DNA from: Vicugna vicugna
Lineage: Eukaryota
NCBI GenBank assembly: GCA_013265495.1
Contig: MU058387.1
Span: 434,001 to 498,000 of the forward strand
Length of the DNA stretch: 64,000 nucleotides
Direction of reading: 5' to 3'
Below the pieces are notes generated by a model. That model made no database searches and was not told where the DNA came from. It was given only the letters and a program-made list of their open reading frames with translations. Position 1 is the stretch's first letter. Every line of letters starts with the position of its first letter. Positions 12,656 through 25,419 of this stretch are shown here, piece after piece. The position numbers and the translations under genes were made by a program.

Positions 12656-13419
12656 AAATAGTGCTAATGAAGAACTTTTTTAAATAAATATTTTTCGAGA
12701 TTTTTATGTTCTTAATAAAAATGGCCTGAAAGAATATCACTTTTTACCAGAGCTTTGAACTTTTGCATCTGTTGATACATATTAACAAACCATATTCCAA
12801 AAATTTATTCTCCCTACACTTGTAAAAATTGTGTAAGTTCATTTATCATCACACTTACAATGTGTATGTAGAAATAACAATGAAGTATTCCACTCCATTT
12901 CATTGGCAAAATAAATCAATGCCTCAATTTAATTACTGTGTCTTCTTTTATCAGTCAGGGTAGCTGTGTATTAAAATACCTCTTGGACATTTGTATTTCA
13001 TAATCTATAAAACTCTATTTCTTTTCTTTTTCTCAAGCTTTTGTCTTTTGTTTTTAAATCTCCCCAAACACATTAAGGCTATTAACCATTTGTTACTTTT
13101 TTGTTTTGCAAAATATTCCATATTTAACTTCTCAATGCATTTATGGCACTTTATGAAGCACAATGATCTTAAATCTATGTACAAGGTTAATTTGTTAGAA
13201 TTTTTGTAATTACAAAACCACACCTCATCCTTAAATTGGGTAAATTTCCACCCATCTTGTTCTAGTGGCTTTGGTTTTATTTATTACATTTTCTCTGTAA
13301 TTTATTTATATTTCTGTGTGATTCATAGAACTTGTAATAAAAGGAGTTAGCAACTTAACAGCGTTATTTTTAAATAACGCTTTGCTTTCTTACTGAATCC
13401 ACCTCCTGCTTTGTTACAG

Positions 13420-14200
13420 AGTAAGTTCATATGTTTGTCTATTTTGTGAATATTTTATTTGGTACATCGATGGGATTTTTTTGTCCCAATTCTGAAATGC
13501 TTTAATTGTTATAGTTTCATTATAAATGAATAAAACTGATTATAAATAGTGTTATACTTAAAAATATTTCTCTGCAACTCTCAAGAATTATTTTTCTAAT
13601 CACAACTTTATATTGTCAGGTTCAAAAAAAGTCACATTATGACTTTTACTAGATTTGCATAAAATCTAAAAAAAGAAGGATTGGCTTATCATATGCAATT
13701 TTCCCATCTGTGGACTTGGTATTTCTCTCCATTTTTAAATCTTATTTTACATCTCTCAGCAAAAATATTCAGATTAGTTTATTTCAGAAGAGTTCTTGTT
13801 ATGATGACTTGCAAGCATTTTTGTTGTTGCTCCTGTTATGAACAGAAACTTTTCCCATCGATGTTGACTGAGTGTTGATTACATAAGACATCTATCAAGT
13901 TCGTACCTTTATTACTTAGGTAGATAAAACTGAATTTACATCTTAGTTCCAATAGTTTGATTCTCTTGGATTTTCCGGAAAGAAATTCTTGTCATATATA
14001 AATAATGATGATTTTATATTCCCCTGATATTAACCATAAATATTATTTCAATTTCCTGCTTTATTGCTAGACAGGCTGTAAAAATAGTGAATAATAGTGG
14101 GCATCCTTTCTCTGATTTTAGTGGAATTGCTGCTATATTTTCAAAATTATGAATTATCTTGTATGTTGACTTTAGTAATTATGCTGAAATGCTTTCTACC
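13420..14200 (-). mobile_element. Highly degraded old L1 fragment
   Basis: ttattgctagacagg...aataatagtgggcatcctttctctgattttagtggaattgct resembles antisense L1 ORF2. Confidence 0.55.
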
Positions 14201-14871
14201 TTTTTCTCTGCCCTAGAAAATCCCATGGCAAAGTTCTAAAGAATGTGTCTCTACAACGGCCAATCTAGCGTTGTCAAAGGGCTTACAGTTCCTTGGTCAG
14301 GTTTACCTGCCTCGATGCCTTTGTTCAGTGTTTTTCTTCCACCTAGGATGGTCTTCCCTGGTAAGCTCCCGTACTTCCTTCCAAGCTCACTTCTGCATTA
14401 CCTCCTTCACAGACAGCTGCTTCCCTCCCCCAGTCGGAGCCTAGAGGACTTCCCGCATGGGCTGGAACACCTTATAAATAGATCCAACAATGCAGTTAGC
14501 ACATAAATCTGAAGTTGTCTGCCCATCTGCTTCTAACCTACAGCCTCCTTAAAGGAAAGCACTTCATATTATTGAGCTGCATATTCCCAGGGACACTCAC
14601 AGCACCTGACAGAAGATTTTTGAACGTTTCTAGAGCAAAAAGTTACCCTGATGATGCTATGTTAGAATCCTGAAGGTCAGTGGTAGATATTATGTTCCAT
14701 TTATTATATATTCCCACGTTAGTAGTTACAATTTATCCCTCTTTATATAACTTATATCCCAAGTTCTCACATTAATGAAGGAAGTTTCTATTATTTTAGT
14801 ACTTATAACATGCTAAGGACTTTGGAAAAATAATCAAATCCTCATGACAAAGTAATAAAGCAAGCACGATT

Positions 14872-15500
14872 TTTTTTTTTTTAGATTCTGCATATAAGTG
14901 AGATCATACAGTAATGGTCTTTCTGTATATGTTTAATTACACTTAGCATAATGCCCTTAAGATCCATCCATGCTGTTGCAAATGGCAGGATTTCTTTCTT
15001 TTAATGGCTGAGGAATATTCCATTGAATAAATAAGTGTGTATATATATATATATATTTTTTTTTCATTCATCTATTAATGGACACGTAGATTGCTTCCAT
15101 ATCTTGGTTACTGTAAACAACGTTGCAAAAAAATAGGGGTTCATGTATCTTTTCAAATTAGTGTTTATGTTTTCTTTGGGTGAATACTCAGAAATGGACT
15201 TTCTGAATAGTATGGTAGGTCTATATTTTTTTGGAGAAAATTCCATAATGTTTTCTATAGTGGCTGTACCAATTTGCATTCCACATCTTCACCAACACTT
15301 GTTATTTGTTGTCTTTTTGATGATAATATTTTGACAGGTGTGAAGAAATAGCTCACCATAGTTTTGGTTTGCATTTCCCTGATAATTAGTGATGATAAGC
15401 ACCCTTTTATGTACCTGTTGGTCACCTGCATGTCTTCTGTGGGAAAATGTCTATTCAGATCTTTTGCCCTTTTTTAAATTGGATTCTTTTTGCTGTTGAT
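14872..15500 (-). mobile_element. L1 3' end fragment
   Basis: Poly-T, then agattctgcatataagtgagatcatacag...catgctgttgcaaatggcagg. ORF 15064-15279 resembles the L1 ORF2 C-terminus. Confidence 0.88.
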
Positions 15501-15691
15501 AAACTTTATGATTTTGGTAAGGAAAATGGGGTTTCAGAAGGTCTTTGTGAATTGGAGAGCTTAGAATTGAATCCAGGATTTTTTCTGACTTCAGAGCTTG
15601 ATTCTGGGACCCCTCTGTGGCACACCCTTCCACTGAAGTAAGGCAAATTTTATCACCAAGCAAATGACTTTTTTGGGTTCACAGTGTTAAC

Positions 15692-15817
15692 CTAAGCCAG
15701 AGATGACATTCCCAGAGTGAAGTCCAGAGAAAACCTCTTGGAATGTGAGAATGCTCAACTCAAAGGCAAAAAACATTCACATTAACGATATTCTTTGGGA
15801 TTATATAGAAATATCAC
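15692..15817 (-). pseudogene. Possible TTC6-like pseudo-exon
   Basis: AG/GT bounded. Reads FLYNPKEYR*CECFLPLS*AF / HIPRGF..W, versus TTC6 PLYERQIRCPSLPLYLNF...GIPENIDPRTW. Confidence 0.4.
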
Positions 15818-17819
15818 CTATCAGGTTCCAAGCAAAAAGCTGAATTAACACTAAATCAGGTTCACTTTGAGCTGTACCACTTAAAAGACTTTCATTCATG
15901 AGGCTAAATTAGTGGCTCAAATAATTTAAAAGCATTTCTATTTTTTTAATTTCTCTTTTAAACTTCAATATGTGCATGATGATTGAAATAAACTAAATTT
16001 TATTGCCTTTCCAAAGCTCATACTAGAAATTCTCAGTAAATATTTTAAAACCACCATTCCAGCTCTGAGAGCTCACAGACTTGTCCTGGTCATTCAGAAC
16101 TGACACGATATTGGAGTATGAGACTGTGTCATTCAAAGGAAACTCATCTCATCCCCTCAACCACTCTTGTTCTATTATTATTTTTTAATCTAATACCAGC
16201 TAAATGGAATTTTCTTATTTCAGCGGATCTTCATATTTTGATATTCTCAATTTAATCTCATGTCTTCTCCTTAAGCTGTTTTTAGAACAAGCTGGATTTT
16301 CTGCCAGTTAATTAACCTAAAAGCCCTGAAATACCACTATTTTTCAAATGTGTTTCATTTTTCCATTCTTACCAAATAACATTTTCTCACTAACTCCTTC
16401 CAGTACCTCTTAGGCCCTGACAGAACTTTGCTGAAATTTTAAATCTTTGCTCAATGGTTTTATTCCACCTACTCTTTGTTAAAAAATGAGAATACTGCTC
16501 TTGAGGGTCATTTCACATCATTTTTTCTCTAGGATACGATGTTCTTTTCCTGTTTTACCAGAGCTGCCTCTCTTATACTCGACTTCCATGCACCGGTGAC
16601 GTCTAGTATCCTACTTAATTATTACCCACAACCTGGCAGAGAATCCTCATAGGAACAAAAGATTTGCCCTGCCTGATCAGATTCACACTCGGCCCCAATC
16701 AGCTTTGTCTCTTAGCAGAGCTAAGGGATGACGTTTAGCGTGGGGAAAACAAGGTTCAGGGAACACAGGGCTTATTTAAATACGTTAAAGGCTGTATTAC
16801 AATAGATGAAATAGGCTCCTTCCATGATTCAGGACAGCTGATCAAGAAACAATTTAGAGGGAAGCAATTTTTATCTGATAACATGGAAGAATAAAACGAG
16901 CTATCAAAGATGCAGTGTGCTGCCTCCGGAAATACCATTCGCCATCACCGATGCTTTCAGCCCACTGGGACAGACCACTTTTCCGAGATCCTTGCCTTTG
17001 AGGAACAGATGAGTCTGAACACGGCTTCCGCCCAGCTCTGGTTTCTGCTTGTCTGTGCTTCTCCCTCGCTCCCTCTGACTCAGATCAGAGCTCCCCACGC
17101 AGCAGGCTGAAAGGTCGCAGCAAGCCGAGGCATAACGACCCAGCGGGGAGAGTGTTTCTTTTTTTTTGTTTTCCACCAGTGTCCATATTTCTTCCAGGTA
17201 AAGACTTCAGGTCCTGCCTGTTGGTTGAGCTCACTTCTGGAACCAGTTCTTACTGAAAGTAGCTAGGGTAAGACGGCTGGGATTTGCTGAGACTGGTCCA
17301 TACCTGCCCCTGGGGAGGAGGAAGTGAGGCTGTGATTAAGAGGCTCCTAGGAGCATGGCTCATGGAAGGAGGATGCCAGGCAGACGAAAACAACATAGAC
17401 CAGCACAGAGACAGCAGAGTAATGCCATTTCCACACAGATCTGAAAGGCTAGCGTTAAAAATCACTTCTCCTTAAGAACTGTCAAATACTCAGTTGCTCT
17501 TTGGGACAACAATAATTCAGAAGCACTTTTAGCATCTGACGTAAAACCATCATCGTATTTGCCTAAAACATTTCGGATGTGAGAATGAATTCCCGTCTTT
17601 GTTCTACCTGAACTCCTTTTTAAAGATTCTTTCCAGTTTGTACGGCTCTGTGCGCCACATGGGGTCTACTGGACTTAGACCCAAGACCGGGAGCCTTTCT
17701 CTAAAACCCTGAGCTTCTGCTTTGACTCATATCCACAGATCCTGGGCCAAATTAGGGACAACAATATGCAAGCCACCTGATTATTTCTGTTTTCTCTGCT
17801 AGGAAATACAGCACTTTAC

Positions 17820-18563
17820 TTTCAACTGAACAAAGGACTGATCAAGACGCAGCACTCTTAGTGAGAGTTCAGAGCTTTGGCTGACACTTAGCAGATGGAG
17901 AACTGGATAAGGCACAGTGTGAGAAAGCTTGACTGGAGGTCCCAGGGCTTCTGGTAAGTGGCCAGGTTGAAAGAAGGGCAAAGTGGTTGAGAAAGCTCGA
18001 AAGAAAGCTGTGAGGAGTATTCAACACAGCAGTTCTGGACTGATGAGCTGGTTTCTCTTTTTTTTTTCCTTTTTTTTTTTCTTTAACAGACCATTAAAAG
18101 GGAGCATTTTTGAAGAAAGTTCCAATTAGCTTGCACTGAGAAGTACCAAAATCTATATTTAAGGCATACAAGAGAGCTACCAAATCTGTTAATAGTTTCA
18201 TAGGTATCAAGGTATGGAATGAGGGTAGATGACTTTATTTTAATGGTTGATAATGGTGTCAGCCAAACACAGGAAGTTTTGTGAATATAAAATTCAGTGA
18301 CGCAGGAAGCATCATTTGTTTGCTGCTTTTGGATCTATTTCCTGATATAAAAAACTGTTGATCCATTAAAATATTCTCTTTGACTTGCTGATTGGTAAGT
18401 AATACATAAGCTCTCTTAGGTTCTTTTTCTTGCGATTCATTAATATTTTTATATTCGTGCATTTGTTGAAAGTGGGGGGCTGGATATGCGTGGGATGGAG
18501 GAAGCATGATGTCCATGGAGATTAACATCATTATTTCTTTCTTTGTTTAATTTTAAAAAAGTC
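17820..18563 (-). pseudogene. Large degraded TTC6-like pseudo-exon block
   Basis: Acceptor cttattag| at 18564-18565. Fragments LMVC*RKKKRKKK (~YIVYPKKKKMRWKK) and FELSQPLCPS (~EELSKPPKS). May contain a small intron. Confidence 0.5.
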
Positions 18564-19370
18564 CTAATAAGATTTTATCCTTAAAGGAAGGCAGAGCTAC
18601 CAGAGCACAATTACAATTTTGGTGGAGAGGTCTTAAACTGTTATTTTAGAAAGCACATAAATATCGTCAAGGACTCTGTCTATCTAAGTACTACTTTTGT
18701 ACAATTCCATTTTTCAAAGTAATAGACTCAGTATCCTTCAGGTACTATGAGATTCCCACAGGGGCTTCAGTGGCCTGCTTTCTCATAGGGGTGAGCCTCT
18801 TAAAATGACTTGACAACGCTTTCATGAGAAGGCCTTACACAAAACCTTAGAAATGCTTTGCCTCATGGTATTTTGTACTGATCTGACCTGAGTTACCCAA
18901 GTCTTCACCCTTTTATTGCAGGGTAACATAGATGTCTCCAGAGACGTGGCTTTTGTTGCGTTCAGGTCATATTCCATACCAAAGCTGCCAAACATAGTTG
19001 CAGTGATCCCGGGGTTTAGTTCTACTGGCGCGCACGTGAAGAAAAACTTGATTCACAGCCTCTGAAATGCAGAGGGTTCAGGGGAACTGAATGGCTCATG
19101 GCGGACCCACTGGCCTGTAGCTGACCTTCGTTGGAACAAACAATTATGCATAATTCATGGCATAATATTTGTGATTGGACATTGCAAACAGGATGTTCTA
19201 TACTCTTTTTTCAAAATCCATATAATGTTAAAAGTTTTGATATCCCCCTAATTTGATAACGAGTCATAAAGTTGCCCTTCATTGGAAATTCCTGAAAAGA
19301 TGGAAAAAGATTTCTAATATTTAACCACAACCTAAGTTTTCCTGAATATTTTGTCATCATTGAAAGTACT

Positions 19371-19514
19371 GGGGCGGGGGAAGGTATAGCTCAGCGGTAG
19401 AGCCCATGCTTAGCACGCGCAAGGTCCTGGGTTCAATGCCTTTGCCAAGTACCTCCATCAAACCAACAAGTAAATAAATAAATAAACCAAATTATCCTCC
19501 CCTCCCCCCAAAAA
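19371..19514 (+). mobile_element. tRNA-derived SINE, camelid Vic-1 type
   Basis: A-box gtatagctcagcggtag, B-box ggttcaatgcc and an A-rich tail. Exact target-site duplication gaaagtact at 19362-19370 and 19515-19523. Confidence 0.9.
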
Positions 19515-19912
19515 GAAAGTACTACACACATTGAATTCAAATTAGTAAATGGAGCATTTCCAGCCTGCCTAGGGTAACTATGGATACACATCCACACCCA
19601 CCCACCCACACACAGACACACAATTTTACAGTACCCACTTTTCTCTCTCTGGTCTTTCTGTTCAGTATATCTGTGAAAGTAAATCCATATTACTACATGT
19701 AGTTGCAGTCTGTTTATTCTTTGTGCTGCATTCTATTCCGTTTTGTGCAAATGTACCAAAATATACTTGTCCCAGTCTACCACCGATGAGCATCTGGGGA
19801 GCTGACAGTTCGTGCTGCCGGCCCGCTTTCCCGGTGAGCGCTTGTGCACATTTCTGCGGGCGTCTGCTTAGGAATGAGTTGCTTGGGTTTTAGGATGAAC
19901 GTATGTTCAGCG

Positions 19913-20101
19913 TTAGTAGCTCTCGTACAAGCAGGCCACTCAGACCAGGCAAACTTCCATATTAGATGGTGCAGCAGAAGTCCCAGGCTGTCTAAACGGT
20001 CGCCGTTCGATCTCCTCAATACGATGTATGCCATAATCCCAAAGATTACTGAAGAATAAAGCGTTCACCTCTTTGGGCTCCCATTTCAGCGTCACGTAGG
20101 C
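19913..20101 (-). pseudogene. TTC6-like pseudo-exon
   Basis: Acceptor cttctgtgtctcag|. Fragments AWD-SAAP, KFAWSE and CLYESY*, versus TTC6 FWNTAAPKFSVPE...TLYPKYE. CpG-rich. Confidence 0.6.
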
Positions 20102-21324
20102 CTGAGACACAGAAGCCAATACGTTAACGTGCTTGTTGGAGGTTATTAGACACTGATCTCACGTGTTGGTGTGGGGATATTGCTAAGTTTAGGCCTTTCA
20201 TCTTCCTTAACTAAGTTAATTTAGTTTCTTTTTTTTCCAATTGCTTTAAAAATTCAAAATTTGTGTAAGTGCAATTGACCACAGAAAATCAGAAAATATA
20301 GGTAAAATAAAAGAGGGCATTTAAATGCTGTGACTTTTCCAATTTACAAGTTTAATTAGCTATCTTGAAATCCTCAAAAAGCCAAGGGATCTTCTTTGCC
20401 TTAAAATACGCTCCTTAGTCCTCAGCACAGGTCATGATCAGATCTCTGCCTCGATGGTTTCCATTTTCTGTCCCACTTCTATTTCTAGGTGTATACCAGG
20501 CTTTTTCCCATTCTGAGCCTCAAACATCACCCTTCCCCATGCCCTTCCCGTCCCATAGACCTCAATGTACAAGACAGGAAAGAATCAGAGAGGGTAGGTG
20601 ACAAGCAAATGTCACACAGAAGAGGCAAGCTCAAGCCCACATCTCTCGCCTTCCAGGCTGAGTTAACCATTCTACTCTATTAATCTTTCTTTTCCTGGTA
20701 GAGTTTCCCCAGGCCTCCCCAAATTGGGTAAGAGGTCTTTCCCTTTGTGTTCCAATAACCGCCTGTGGACGTGACACCAACATGTTCCACTCCCTTGATT
20801 AACGTATTACTCCAGTAGATTTTAAGGTATTTCTATTATAACCAACATAGCTCCAGGCAAGTCATTTACTGTCTCATCACCTATTTTTATTTTTTCTGTT
20901 CTTTACTCTCTGAAATTATATCAATTATGTGCTTGATTTTTTAAAATTATCTGTCCCACCTTAGGAGCCCTGGGGGTTTTCCTGGCTTATTTCCCCAGCA
21001 CTCACAAGTGTGCCAGGCACATAAGTAGACCCTCGATGAATAATTCGGTTAAGTAAATAAGTAACAGGCACCAATATACTGAATGAGTAAATACACTGTA
21101 GAAATCCATATTTGTGTTTCTTGCTAGATTTCATCCTCATGAAAGCTCAGACAAATCATTGAAGGAATGAGATTTACATGGTGGTTTATTTTTTAAAGAA
21201 AATAAACTATAGTCTTCTGTCTCTCCAGAGGCCCCACTGAATGCTTATTTTGTGAGTCAGTATGTGGGAGTCATTTAACATTGAAACGTTAATTACTAAG
21301 TGAATTCTCTTTGAGTCGGCATAC

Positions 21325-21403
21325 CTTTGAAATCCATCGGGCTTTCTGACTGTGATGAAATCCATCCGTCTCGCGCTGGGCACAGGCGTTTCCGGTGAAG
21401 ATC
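21325..21403 (-). pseudogene. TTC6-like pseudo-exon, 79 nt
   Basis: Acceptor ctcttagtacag| and donor ag|gtatgc. Reads RIFTG-TPVPSARRMDFITV, versus RILYGIPVMDDNQEYVHI. Confidence 0.62.
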
Positions 21404-21552
21404 CTGTACTAAGAGGCATTTGAAGTTTCATTAGATGTGGAAGAAACTCCCTCATTATGAAACTGCCTCAACTCCTGTCTGCCTGTTGCCCCAAATCACT
21501 GGGTAATGTGGGAGGCAGAATCTGTGGTCTTCAGGGGAACACAGAAATTTAC

Positions 21553-21663
21553 CTTGCCCCAGGGATTGGTCAGTGTCCCCCACGTCATGCAGGAAAGTGG
21601 TGAAATAGCCCATTTCTTGTTGGCGTTGGCATGGTGAGCGCATCTCTGCAGCCGGTCATGAGC
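21553..21663 (-). pseudogene. TTC6-like pseudo-exon, 111 nt
   Basis: Long polypyrimidine tract ending ttttgcag| and donor aag|gtaaat. Reads RCAHHANANKK / GYFTTFLHDVGDTD, versus RVYHTANRKG / GKFGTSFLDDRFTD. Confidence 0.62.
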
Positions 21664-22229
21664 CTGCAAAAGCTTGATAAACAACAACGAAGAGAAGGGA
21701 GCGGGACCGTTAGTTTAGGGAGGACGCTGAAATCATCTCTCCATGTGAAGCATCATGCAACTAGTGATGCCAGGATCTTCTGTAGGAAGCTGAAGATTGC
21801 AAACAACCATTGTAAGCACCTATTTCCAACAGTACAATATTATTCCATTACACTCATCTCTATTTTATAACGAAGTCTCTTTTTATCTTCAACTTTGCTG
21901 CCCAGCCAATAAAGCAAGGCTAAAATAATTTAGTTTGGGGTTTGAGGTGGGTTGGATGAGAAAAGAACAATAAAATGAAGTAAAAATAATTCACCAAATA
22001 GGCAATTGGTTGTCAAATTATTTTCTACCAATTATTTTCAGTTGAATTTTGACAAAAACTATTTTAAATAATTTATTCTCTTATGTGAAGTGTTTATCAA
22101 TTCTATGTCTCACTGGACTAATAGTCTTTTCTCTTACAGATTTTCAGCAATTCTAAGTTAGCATGGAATCTAAATGTTTGGAATTAATATAATCATCTAT
22201 ACATAATGGGACATTTGAATTCTCATGAA

Positions 22230-22869
22230 TCATTCAAGCACGTAACCATCACTGAACCCCTATTTAGTGCTCAGTACTGTACTGCAGTTTGCAAAGATAA
22301 TATCTGATTCCTACACACATGTGGTAGGAAAAAGATACTAAATTATGTACAAGACAGTAAGAGAGACTCATACTGTGGTAGAAATAAAGTAACATTCAAA
22401 TCATTATAAAGGATTAGAATAACAGAGAAGCCTTCACAAATGAATTGGTATTTGAGCTGAGATCTAAAGGAAGAAGAGAATTTTTCTATATGATAAAGCT
22501 AGGAAGAGTTTTTCAGATCAAGGGTTAAGACACAGATTTCTGAAAGAGAATGGCTTATGGAGGGAACCAAAAGTGGCTAATGTGGCTGAAAGTGAATGGG
22601 TGTGTGGCGGCCGATGAGATTTAAACAGTAATTAGTGATTAGGCTGTGAAGAGCCTTAAAGGCCACATCGATAAATTTAAATTGTGTTCATTAGATAAGG
22701 AGAAATGATTGATGAATTTTTAAGCAGAGGTTATTAGTTGTGTTTTATATCATTTTTAAAAGTAAAAATAAAACTTTGGTTACTAAACAAAGACCAGCTT
22801 GTAGAAATGAGAACTAACACAGGGAGAAAGGTCAGGTGGGGAATGTGGTCCTTCAGAGGAGTGATAATG
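22230..22869 (+). mobile_element. L2 remnant (orientation tentative)
   Basis: cattcaagcac...ggtatttgagctgagatctaaagga...tttttaagcagagg, typical of L2. Confidence 0.6.
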
Positions 22870-22885
22870 AAGGCCAGTCATTCTT

Positions 22886-23570
22886 TTTGCTTTTTCTTTT
22901 ATATTGAAGTATAGTCAGTTTACAATGTTGTGTCAGTTTCTGGTGTACAGCACAATGCTTCAGTCACACATGAACACACATATATTCATTTTCATATTCT
23001 TGTTCACTGTAAGCTACTACAAGATATTGAATATACTTCCCTGTGCTATACAGTATAAACTTGTTTATCTGTTTTATATATGCCAATCAGTATCTGCAAA
23101 TCTTGAGTCCCCAGTTTATCCCTTTCCACCCCCTTCCCCCCTGGCAACCATAAGTCTATATTCTATGTCTGTAAGTCTGCTTCTGTTTTATATATAAGTC
23201 CATTTGTCTTTTTTCTTTTTTAAGATTCCATATGGTATTTTTCTTTCTCTTTCTAGCTTACTTCACTTAGAATGATGATCTCCAGGGCCATTCATGTTGC
23301 CGCAAATGGCATTATTTTATCATTTATATGGCAGACTAGTATTCCATTGTATAAATATACCACAACTTCTTTATCCAGTCATCTGTCGATGGACATTTAG
23401 GTTGTTTCCACGTCTTGGCTATTGTAAATAGTGCTGCTATGAACATGGGGGTGCAGGTGTCTTTCTGAATTAAGATTTCCTCTGGATATATGCCCAGGAG
23501 TGGGATTACTGGATCATATGGTAAGTTTATTTTTAGTCTTTTGAGGCATCTCCATACTGTTTTCCACAAT
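22886..23570 (-). mobile_element. Young 5'-truncated L1 with a perfect 16-bp target-site duplication
   Basis: aaggccagtcattctt at 22870-22885 and 23571-23586. Intact ORF2 C-terminal peptide WKTVWRCLKRLKINLPYDPVIPLLGIYP...[23 protein letters not shown]. Confidence 0.95.
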
Positions 23571-23809
23571 AAGGCCAGTCATTCTTGATATAAGTCATAT
23601 ACGGGCCACAAAAGTTCTGCCAGAAGAGCGGTTATTCTCAGAGTTACATCAAAAATCTGAATTCCAAGGCAAACAGCTGAATTTTCCTAGGAATGCTCTA
23701 GTCGCATTTTCACATTCCAGCACTGCTGTGGGACTCTCTCACACTGCATAGGTTCCTGCCAGCAGGTGAGTCCTCCAAACCAAGAATCTCTCCAACCACC
23801 AGTACCTTA

Positions 23810-23992
23810 GGCCACCAGGTCTCACACACTAGCAGGTCTCAGAATCACCCGGAGGGGTTGTTACAACAGGTGACACGGCCACACCCCCAGAATTTCTGAT
23901 TCAGTAAGTCTGGAGTGGAGCCTGGTAATTTGTCTTACTGACAAATACCCAGGATGTTGCTAGTCTGGGGACCATACACTGAGAACAGCTAG
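23810..23992 (+). mobile_element. MER5A hAT element
   Basis: tcagaatcacccggaggggttg...cccccagaatttctgattcagtaagtctggagtggagcctg...ctggggaccatacactgagaac. Confidence 0.8.
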
Positions 23993-24864
23993 TAGACAAA
24001 ACTGTAGAGAATGGGAAGCTGTAAATCAAAGAAATAAAAGAAAATCATATAATTCAACAAAAAATGCAGGGAAATTTTAGAAAAAATATTCCTCACAGAC
24101 TTCTTAATGGGAGAACCAAATGATGAAATAGCATGACTATCCAAAGCTAGAGGCTTAATTCATAGAATAACGTATCTATGGCTGAATAATATGTAATTAT
24201 CGCAGATGATATTGTATAATAATATTTAAAGAAAGGGCAAACTAATAGGTTATAAATTAGGATTAAAACTGTGATCTTCTTGTAATAAAAATTTGCCTCT
24301 GCGTGTATAGGTTACATACGTAGGTACATACACAGAACAAAGACTAGAAAGCTGTATCCCAAATGTTACCAGTGATCATCCCTGAGTGGTGGAATTTATG
24401 ACTTATTTTATCTTCTTTAGATTTGATGTAGGTTTTCCTAACATGTCAATAAATACAACCAACCTTACGCTCATAAAGGTATTTTTAAGATAAAATATAT
24501 ACATGGTTTAATAAATGTTAACTATATTTGTTATTTTGCAAACACATAAAGCAATGTCATTGAGCAAGAAGCGAGAAGCCCTGGGTGGGAAAGTCTGGGC
24601 TGTGTAGCCAGTGATGGGAGGGACAGGTCTTTGGTGCCAAAGCCCAAGGGCCTCAGAGTTGCAAATCAGAGCAAACAAAGGCACATCCAACAGCAATTGA
24701 GTCTACCTGGCTGAACAGATGCTTCCCCAACAAAACAATGCCCTTAGGCACTGTCTGGAAGTAGGTGATATCCTGGCGGGCTCCCTGGAGGCAGAGTTGT
24801 AGGGGTTGCGACCCCACCCCTGAAGTATGAAAGTCAGCTGTGTCTGATCAAACAGGACTAAATT

Positions 24865-25032
24865 TGCAAATCAAAACTACAATGAGGTATCACCTCACAC
24901 CTGTCAGAATGGTCATCATTCAAAAATCCACAAACAATAAATGCTGGAGAGTGTGAAGAGAAAAGGGAACAGCCGTTATGGAAAACAGTATGGAGGTTTT
25001 TTTTTTAAAAAACTAAAAATAGAGTTATCATG
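24865..25032 (+). mobile_element. Short L1 ORF2 fragment with an internal deletion
   Basis: gcaaatcaaaactacaatgaggtatcacctcacacctgtcagaatgg...atggaaaacagtatggagg. Confidence 0.85.
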
Positions 25033-25347
25033 TCACAAAGCTGTTTTTTAATATTGACGCAGGGTATGCAATTGCATCGTTACAGAAGGAAGGGAAGCAA
25101 AGGACAAACAACTTAGATCGTAATCACTAACCCAGCGGGGAAACAGAACAGTCATTTTGACTGATCAAATTTTGCCCCAAAGGAGTGACTGTATAGCTCT
25201 TTGCCGCATTAGGGACACAGAAAGACCCGAGACAAAAGGGAACCCATCTGAGTCAAACTGACCTTCCATCCAGGCAGCAGAATAAAATCCCCAGGGAAGA
25301 GCTTCGGAGACAATCAACCAAACACATGCTCATGGTGAGTAGCTTAC

Positions 25348-25419
25348 CTGCACATCCAGAGGAAACAGGAAACACTCGAGGAAGGCGCCAAAGGCACTGG
25401 AAATAGGAAACCAGGCTCC
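25348..25419 (-). pseudogene. Exon, 72 nt, of the TTC6-like locus
   Basis: Strong acceptor tctcttttcctccag| and donor cag|gtaagc. Ends FLFPLDVQ (~ELPVDLR). Confidence 0.62.

Noticed and set aside
19371..19450. tRNA gene
   Set aside because: It has A and B boxes, but the SINE tail and target-site duplication show it is a tRNA-derived SINE.
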